NCBI GenBank assembly: GCA_003221005.1
Contig: QHTZ01000059.1
Coordinates: forward strand, 1-15,861
Origin: Gemmatimonadota bacterium
GTDB lineage: Bacteria > Gemmatimonadota > Gemmatimonadetes > Gemmatimonadales > GWC2-71-9
DNA: 15,861 nucleotides
Reading direction: 5' to 3'
How positions within the stretch are numbered: position 1 is the stretch's first letter; each line of letters begins with the position of its first letter. Below are positions 6,666 through 12,911 of the stretch, piece after piece. The notes beneath the pieces were generated by a model. The model saw only the letters and a program-made list of their open reading frames with translations, was not told the origin of the DNA and did not search any database. The position numbers and the translations under genes are program-made.

Positions 6666-7949
6666 CTACCGCACCGCCGCCACCGAGCTCCCGGACCGAT
6701 CGACCTCGTTCGCAGATCGAGCGACGTTGCGGCCGAGTTGCGCCCCCGTCTCGACGTCGAACCGGTAGTGAATGCCGGCGTAAATCCGCGCGAGCCCGGC
6801 TTGAGCCACCATCGCGTCCAGGCTATCGGCCTTCGCCGGGAAGAACGCGCTCAGAATCCCGGCGGCCGCGCCGCAGTAGCAGCTGTGCGCCGACGGGTAC
6901 GACGGGTGGTTGGGCAGACCGATCGCGGGGATGAGCGTGATAGCGGGGTCGGCCTGCGGCGGACGAATGAACCAATACGTGAGCTTCGCGTCCCAGCAGC
7001 CGATCGCCGCGTCCATCATCGCCGCGTCGAGCAACGCGAACACGTGCGTCGCTTCGCGCTCGCGCAGCGCGCTCTCCTCGATCCAACCGGTGGCGATCGT
7101 ATTCCACAGACCCCCGGCGCTGCTCGTGCCAGCGCCCCGAGCCCAGAACAGCGAGATGTTCACCTGCTCAGCCGTGCGGGTGTCGGAGATGCCTCGCACC
7201 TCGGCGAGCGCGCTGAGGTACGCGGGCGAACCGAACGCCGGCGGCGGGGCCGGCCGGAACTGATCGGCCGACGTCAGGAAGAACGGGCGCATGCCTGGGA
7301 GCTGGGCGTTGGCAGGCGGCTGAGGCGGCTTCGCACTGCTGAACCACACACCTGGCCCGAGCGGAACCGTGCCGGTCCAGGGCAGATCGAACCCGTCGGT
7401 CTGGGCCCGCGCGATCGCTGCCGCGCCTACCTGCCGGCCCACGGCCTCTCCGCGCACGAAGTCGGGATGCGGCTGGCCCGGTCCCGCCTCCGCTTGCTGC
7501 TGCACTTGGTCCTCAAACAGTTGTGCGTCGGCGGGATCGAAGTAGGCCAACACGACGGCGGACGCGCCCGCGACCGCCCCGCGGTCGGCTTCGAGCCGGC
7601 TGCGACCGCCAGAGCCTAGACCGGTTCCGGCGCTTGCCCGCGTCTCGGACGCGTCCCCGCCGAGGGCGTCCTCGGCGCTCACCACGGCGTCATATTGCGC
7701 GACGCTGAGATAGGCGTACACGCGCGTCGCGCGGGCGGAGTTGCCCGACAGCAGTGTGGACCGCATGATGACGTTGCGCGCTGTCTCCTGCCATGCAGGA
7801 CTCGCGAGCCCTTCGGTAAACGGGACGCCGCTGGCGGCAGCCACGAGGGGCTGCGCGGCGTCAGGGCCGAACAGGCGTTTGTCCGAATCGCAGGCGGAGG
7901 CCACAGCCGCCAGTGCGCAGAAGAGCGTGAGTCTCTCGATCGGTTTCAT
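6666..7949 (-). CDS. Vanadium-dependent haloperoxidase / PAP2-superfamily lipoprotein 1 (427 aa)
   Basis: GGAGG RBS before ATG 7949; lipobox ASA/C. Active-site motifs WDAKLTYWFIRP, PNHPSYPSAH and ARIYAGIHYRFD. The ORF-track start at 8201 overlaps the divergent gene. Confidence 0.88.
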   Translation of the reverse strand: MKPIERLTLFCALAAVASACDSDKRLFGPDAAQPLVAAASGVPFTEGLASPAWQETARNVIMRSTLLSGNSARATRVYAYLSVAQYDAVVSAEDALGGDASETRASAGTGLGSGGRSRLEADRGAVAGASAVVLAYFDPADAQLFEDQVQQQAEAGPGQPHPDFVRGEAVGRQVGAAAIARAQTDGFDLPWTGTVPLGPGVWFSSAKPPQPPANAQLPGMRPFFLTSADQFRPAPPPAFGSPAYLSALAEVRGISDTRTAEQVNISLFWARGAGTSSAGGLWNTIATGWIEESALREREATHVFALLDAAMMDAAIGCWDAKLTYWFIRPPQADPAITLIPAIGLPNHPSYPSAHSCYCGAAAGILSAFFPAKADSLDAMVAQAGLARIYAGIHYRFDVETGAQLGRNVARSANEVDRSGSSVAAVR

Positions 7950-8014
7950 CAGACACCTCCTGTTTGTCGGTCGCCGTCTCGGGATCGACCGGTGACGGCT
8001 CAGTTCGTTGCCAC

Positions 8015-8163
8015 GCCCTTGCTGCCGGGCTAGGTTTCGTTCGCGGAGCCAGTCTAGAGGAGGGGCGTAGCGTCCCTGTGACGCGAGCGTGACGCCGGCC
8101 GTCACGACCCCTAAGGCGTGCGTGGACCTCTGGACGGCGCCGCGTGCGCCACCGAGGCCTCGC
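8015..8163. promoter_or_regulatory. Divergent promoter region 2 with phased repeats
   Basis: GTAGCG 8067, GTGACG 8078, GTGACG 8089, GTCACG 8101 (spacing 11,11,12). The last two form the palindrome CGTGACG-CCGGC-CGTCACG (8088-8106). Candidate leftward -10 AAACCT at 8037-8032. Confidence 0.65.
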
Positions 8164-11100
8164 ATGATCGAGCTCCGCATGCTCGGGAGACTGAGCCTCA
8201 CCGGTGCCGACGGGCGCGAGGTGCGGACTCTCCTCGGACAGCCTCGGCGCTTCGCCCTCCTCGCCTACCTCGCCGCTGCAACACCGCTGGGCTTCCACCG
8301 CCGCGACACCCTGCTGGCGCTGTTCTGGCCCGAGCTCGACCAGGAGCATGCGCGTACCGCACTACGCCAGGCGCTCCGCGTGCTCCGCACGACCCTCGGC
8401 TCGGGCGGCGTAGTCGGCCGCGGCGACGAGGAGGTAAGCCTGGACTTCGGGCAGATCTGGTCGGACGTCACAGCCTTCGAGCGCGCTAGTAGTGCCGGCG
8501 AGTGGCTCGAGGCCATGGACTTGTATCGTGGTCCTCTGCTCGAGGGGTTCTTCATCTCGGGGGCGCCCGACTTCGAGCGCTGGCTCGAGAGCGCGCGCGC
8601 CCGGTTGGAGGAGGCAGCCTCGCGGGCGGCGCGAGCCCTGGTCGAGCAGTGTGAGTCGCAGGGCAATCTCACGACGGCCACGCACTGGGCCCGGCGAGCC
8701 GTGCGGCTGGCGCCGAGTGACGAGACGCTCGTGCGCCGGTTGATCCGTCTGCTGGACCATCACGGCGATCGCGCCGGCGCGCTCGAGGCCTATGAGGCGT
8801 TCGCGCACCAGCTCGCCGAGGACTACGCCGCGCAGCCCGCTGCCGAGACGCAGGCGCTGGTTGCGGCAGTCCGGGCGCGAGCCCAGGCAGCGCCACCGGT
8901 GCCGCTCCCCGCGGTGGACCTGCTGCCACGGCTGCAGGCTGGCGTCGCCGGCCGCTATCGAATCGAGCGCGAGCTGGCCCGCGGGCGAACGGCGACGGTC
9001 TTCGTAGCCCGTGACTTGAAGCACGACCGGCAGGTTGCGCTCAAGGTGCTGCACGCCGAGGTCGCCGCCGCAGTGGGGCCAGCGCGCTTCCTCCGCGAGA
9101 TTCAGTTCGCGGCTCGGCTGCAGCATCCCAACATCGTCGCGCTGCACGACTCCGGCGAGGCGGACGGCCTCTTGTACTTCGTCATGCCGTACGTCGTGGG
9201 CGAGTCCCTCCGGGATCGCCTCGACCGCGAGGCGCAGCTGCCCATCGCTGAGGCGCTGCGCATTGCTGGCGACGTGGCCAACGCACTGGGCTACGCCCAC
9301 GGCCTGGGCGTGATGCACCGGGATATCAAGCCCGAGAACATCCTGCTCGCCGACGGCCGCGCCCTCGTTGCGGACTTCGGGATCGCTCGCGCGATCAGTG
9401 CTGCGGGTAGCGAACGGCTCACTGAAACGGGCATCGCACTCGGCACACCCGCCTACATGAGCCCTGAGCAGGGTTCGGAGGATGGGCAGGTGGACGGCCG
9501 CAGCGACCTGTACGCCTTGGGCTGCGTGGTGTACGAGATGCTGACGGGTGCCCCGCCGTTCAGCGGCCCCACCGCGCAAGCGATCATGGCGCGACACGCC
9601 GTCGATCCCGTGGCTCCCATCCGCACCGTGCGAAATACGGTATCCGAGGAGGTCGAGCGGGCGGTGCTGAAGGCGTTGGCGAAGGTGCCCGCGGATCGCC
9701 ACACCGGTGCGGTCGAGTTCGCGCAAGTCCTGGCTGCGTCGAACCTCGAGCCCCAGGGGGGATGGCGGGGGGGCGGGAGCCGAAAGGCCAAGGTCGCGCT
9801 CGCTGCAGGTCTTCCGGTGGCCGCGGCCGTGGCGCTGTTCATCGGCTTCAATGTTGGCGGCTGGCGAGGCCGCCTCTCGGCCGCGAGCGGCGGGACCTGG
9901 CGCCGTTCCGTCGCTGTGCTGCCGCTCGACAACCTCTCCGGCGACACGACGCAGGACGCGTTCGCCGACGGGATGACGACGGCGCTCATCACTGATCTCG
10001 GGCGCGTGCGGGCCCTCCGAGTCATTTCCAAGCGATCGGTCCTGCCCCTCAAGGCCACGGCGCTCCCCGCGCGCGTCATCGGCGAGTCATTGCATGTCGA
10101 TGCGCTGCTGGAAGGAGGCGTCCAGCGATCGGGAAGTCGCTTCCGGGTCGATTTGGAGTTGCTTGATGCCACGTCAGGGAACCAGCTGTGGGCCGACCGG
10201 TTCGAGGACCTTACGCAGAACCGCTTTGCCATCCAGGACGCGGCGGCGCGCGGTGTGCTCTCGGCCCTGAAACTCCCGGTGACCGCGGCGGAGGCGCAGA
10301 GCCTCCGAACACCACCCACCAACAATCTCGAGGCCTACGATCTTTTCCTGCGGGGCAAGATCCGCGTGCGACACGAGACCCGGGAGGACGACTCCATCGC
10401 GATTGCGCTATTGCAGCGAGCCGTGGCGCTCGATCCGTCGTTCGCCGTTGCCCACGCCTGGTTGGCGCGCGCCTACACGCTGAGGGTCGCCCAGTTCGCG
10501 CCTCGGGACTCAGGGGCCCTGGAGGGAGCCTTCGTGGCCACAGAGAAAGCCCTCCAGCTGAACCCCGATCTCGCGGAGGCCCACTTCGCCCGGGCCAATC
10601 TGATCTGGGGTGCGACCAAACAGTTCGCCCACGAGCGCGCGATCCAGGAAGACCGGCGTGCTGTCGAGCTCAGCCCCAACCTGGACGCCGCGCATCATCA
10701 TCTCGGGCTCGTCTACATGCACATCGGGCTGCTCGACAAGGCGGTCGAGGAGCTGCGCAAGACGCTTGCCATCGACCCCGGCGACTGGATGGCGCAGGAA
10801 CGCATCGGTGAGACCGAGCTGTGGCAGGGGCGATACGAAGAGGCATTCCGGATCTTCCGAGCAGTTCCCCCGGAATACAACCCGACGTTCTGGAACTACG
10901 ACGCGGCGTGGGCGCTCATTCAGCTCGACAGGAACGAGGATGCCTCGGCGCTGATCGAACGTTCCTTACACGACCATCCGGAAGACCGCGGCGGCCTGAT
11001 GACCGGCCTGCGCGCTATCGTGTTCGCCAAGCAGGGCGACGCGCGCCGGGCGGAGGCCGACATCCAGTCGGCCATACAGAAGGGGAAGGGCTTCGTTCAC

Positions 11101-11319
11101 TTTCACCACGCCGCATACAGCATCGCCACGGCATACGCGCGGCTCCGGAAGCCGCGGGCCGCGGTCGAGTGGTTACGCCGAGCGGCGGAGAACGGCTTGC
11201 CGTGCTACCCGCTGTTTGCGAGCGATCGCAATCTCGACAACATCCGCCGCGATCCCGCATTCGTCGCCTTCTTGCGCGAGCAGAAGGCGCAGTGGGAGCG
11301 CTGGCGGGCGACGCTGTGA
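8164..11319 (+). CDS. SARP wHTH-BTAD + Hanks-type Ser/Thr kinase + TM + TolB-like + TPR receptor (1051 aa)
   Basis: MIELRMLG start with GAGG RBS; BTAD motifs; kinase motifs VALK, HRDIKPEN, DFG, GTPAYMSPE, DLYALG; TM VALAAGLPVAAAVALFIGF; SVAVLPLDNLSGD...FADGMT (TolB-like); TPRs. Confidence 0.93.
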   Translation: MIELRMLGRLSLTGADGREVRTLLGQPRRFALLAYLAAATPLGFHRRDTLLALFWPELDQEHARTALRQALRVLRTTLGSGGVVGRGDEEVSLDFGQIWSDVTAFERASSAGEWLEAMDLYRGPLLEGFFISGAPDFERWLESARARLEEAASRAARALVEQCESQGNLTTATHWARRAVRLAPSDETLVRRLIRLLDHHGDRAGALEAYEAFAHQLAEDYAAQPAAETQALVAAVRARAQAAPPVPLPAVDLLPRLQAGVAGRYRIERELARGRTATVFVARDLKHDRQVALKVLHAEVAAAVGPARFLREIQFAARLQHPNIVALHDSGEADGLLYFVMPYVVGESLRDRLDREAQLPIAEALRIAGDVANALGYAHGLGVMHRDIKPENILLADGRALVADFGIARAISAAGSERLTETGIALGTPAYMSPEQGSEDGQVDGRSDLYALGCVVYEMLTGAPPFSGPTAQAIMARHAVDPVAPIRTVRNTVSEEVERAVLKALAKVPADRHTGAVEFAQVLAASNLEPQGGWRGGGSRKAKVALAAGLPVAAAVALFIGFNVGGWRGRLSAASGGTWRRSVAVLPLDNLSGDTTQDAFADGMTTALITDLGRVRALRVISKRSVLPLKATALPARVIGESLHVDALLEGGVQRSGSRFRVDLELLDATSGNQLWADRFEDLTQNRFAIQDAAARGVLSALKLPVTAAEAQSLRTPPTNNLEAYDLFLRGKIRVRHETREDDSIAIALLQRAVALDPSFAVAHAWLARAYTLRVAQFAPRDSGALEGAFVATEKALQLNPDLAEAHFARANLIWGATKQFAHERAIQEDRRAVELSPNLDAAHHHLGLVYMHIGLLDKAVEELRKTLAIDPGDWMAQERIGETELWQGRYEEAFRIFRAVPPEYNPTFWNYDAAWALIQLDRNEDASALIERSLHDHPEDRGGLMTGLRAIVFAKQGDARRAEADIQSAIQKGKGFVHFHHAAYSIATAYARLRKPRAAVEWLRRAAENGLPCYPLFASDRNLDNIRRDPAFVAFLREQKAQWERWRATL

Positions 11320-11324
11320 GCGAA

Positions 11325-11358
11325 GGGGCGTCGAGGCGATCCGTCGCCCCGACGCCCC
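11325..11358. terminator. Hairpin between convergent genes (probable bidirectional terminator)
   Basis: GGGGCGTCG-A-GGCGA-TCCG-TCGCC-C-CGACGCCCC, a 14-bp stem with one mismatch. Confidence 0.65.
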
Positions 11359-11371
11359 GTACCTTCACACG

Positions 11372-12730
11372 CTATGAACGCCTTCCATGATTAGGCTGCG
11401 CGACGTTCGCCACAACGTAGTTACCGATCGCATCGCCTGTCGCTCGCCCGTCGATGCAGGCTGAGCGGAAGTGAATGCCAATGTAGACTCGGGCGTCGTT
11501 CACCTCTTCGGACGCCCCTGAGAAACTGGTATACGTGCGCAGCACACCGGGGAGGTTGTCCGACGCGGCGGTGAACGTGGCGTTATCACCGAAGGAGGAG
11601 GCGAGCACCGCAGCTGCGGCGCCGCTGCTCGTGCTGTGGCCTGATGGATAGTCCTGATGCGCGGGTGTGTTGTGCATACCCCCTACTAGGCGCAGCGGGA
11701 ACCACTCGGCATCCGCGGTGGTCGCAGGATTGCCGTCGGTGTCAGCCAGGCGAATCGCGGTGACGGGACGCCAGAAGTTGTAATGGAACTTGGCGTCCCA
11801 GGCGGCAATAGTGGCATCGGCCATCGCGATGTTGAGCAGAGCAAACAGGCGGGCGTTTTCCGAGAGGGTCGTGTGACGCTCAGCGGCCATGGATAAGGCG
11901 ATTCGATTCCAGTGGACCACGCCGTTATCATCCCAGAAGAGGGCGATCTGCGTTTGCTCAGCCGTGCGGGTCGAGCTGGTTGCGCTGCCGATTTCTTTGA
12001 CCTCATTGAAGTCTCTAGTGTACTGGTCGCTCGCCAAGTCGGGCGGTCCGGCCGGACGAAACTGCGAAGGGGAAGCCATCGCAAACGGAGTCACACAGGC
12101 CATCTGCGGGAACACGGCCGCACGGAAGTCGGGGGGCGTCGGACGCCACTGCCCCGGGGCCGGCGACGAAGGGAGGGGGATGGGGCACGGAGCATTGAAA
12201 GGAGGGTTCAAGCCGTCAGTGCTGCGCCACGCGAGGATGTCGTTGGCAACTTCCTCTCCCCACTCGATGCCGCGCGCGATGGACTCGCTTTCCTCAAGCT
12301 CTCCGCCGTCAGTAATCGAGGCGAGCGATGCCGACCGCTCGAGATCGAACGTGGCTTTCTGTGATGGGAAGAGGTTTACGAGGGCAACGTAGGCCGCCTG
12401 GATGGCGGCGGCGCGACGCGAGGCCCCCCGTGGCGCATCGGCGCCTACATGGTAGGGGATATACCGGCGCTCAATTCCGTTGACTGCGTCGAAGACGGCC
12501 GCCTGGACGATGGCCAGACGCCGTCCCGTGATCACGGGATTCGTGTTCTCCACCTTAATCGCATTCAGCGTGTTTCGATTCCACTCGGTGACCACGTCCG
12601 GAGACTCCGCAGACTCCGCGAATTCGTCGAATGCCGGCGAACCTGGCCTGACCGGCGTGTCCGGATTGCATGCCAGCACCAGCGCCAAGAGCGCCGCGCC
12701 GACCGTGAGCCTTCCACTGATGCGTCTCAT
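11372..12730 (-). CDS. Vanadium-dependent haloperoxidase / PAP2-superfamily lipoprotein 2 (452 aa)
   Basis: AAAGGAG RBS; lipobox VLA/C; N-terminal helical domain (DVVTEWN...AVFDAVNGI). Motifs WDAKFHYNFWRP, PAHQDYPSGH and ARVYIGIHFRSA. Confidence 0.9.
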   Translation of the reverse strand: MRRISGRLTVGAALLALVLACNPDTPVRPGSPAFDEFAESAESPDVVTEWNRNTLNAIKVENTNPVITGRRLAIVQAAVFDAVNGIERRYIPYHVGADAPRGASRRAAAIQAAYVALVNLFPSQKATFDLERSASLASITDGGELEESESIARGIEWGEEVANDILAWRSTDGLNPPFNAPCPIPLPSSPAPGQWRPTPPDFRAAVFPQMACVTPFAMASPSQFRPAGPPDLASDQYTRDFNEVKEIGSATSSTRTAEQTQIALFWDDNGVVHWNRIALSMAAERHTTLSENARLFALLNIAMADATIAAWDAKFHYNFWRPVTAIRLADTDGNPATTADAEWFPLRLVGGMHNTPAHQDYPSGHSTSSGAAAAVLASSFGDNATFTAASDNLPGVLRTYTSFSGASEEVNDARVYIGIHFRSACIDGRATGDAIGNYVVANVAQPNHGRRS

Positions 12731-12762
12731 CGCGCTTCTCCTTTAGAAACTGTGATTGCTGT

Positions 12763-12911
12763 GCCCCTGCAGCGGGGCTAGGTTTGACTTGCGGAGCCAG
12801 TTTAGGAGAGCCGCGTCACGCCCTTGTGATGCGACCGTCACGCCGGCCGTAACGGCGACCGCGCCTTGCTCGTGAGCCTCCGAACTGCGCCGCATGCCGC
12901 CGAGGCCTCGC
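12763..12911. promoter_or_regulatory. Divergent promoter region 3, homologous to region 2
   Basis: GTCACG 12815, GTGATG 12826, GTCACG 12837, GTAACG 12849 (spacing 11,11,12, as in region 2). GGGCTAGGTTT and GCGGAGCCAGT are conserved; candidate leftward -10 AAACCT at 12785-12780. Confidence 0.65.

Noticed and set aside
8362-9726. Long antisense ORFs opposite the receptors (also 13653..14912, 5191..6039, 9453..10325)
   Set aside because: Antisense shadows of GC3-rich genes with no recognisable motifs.
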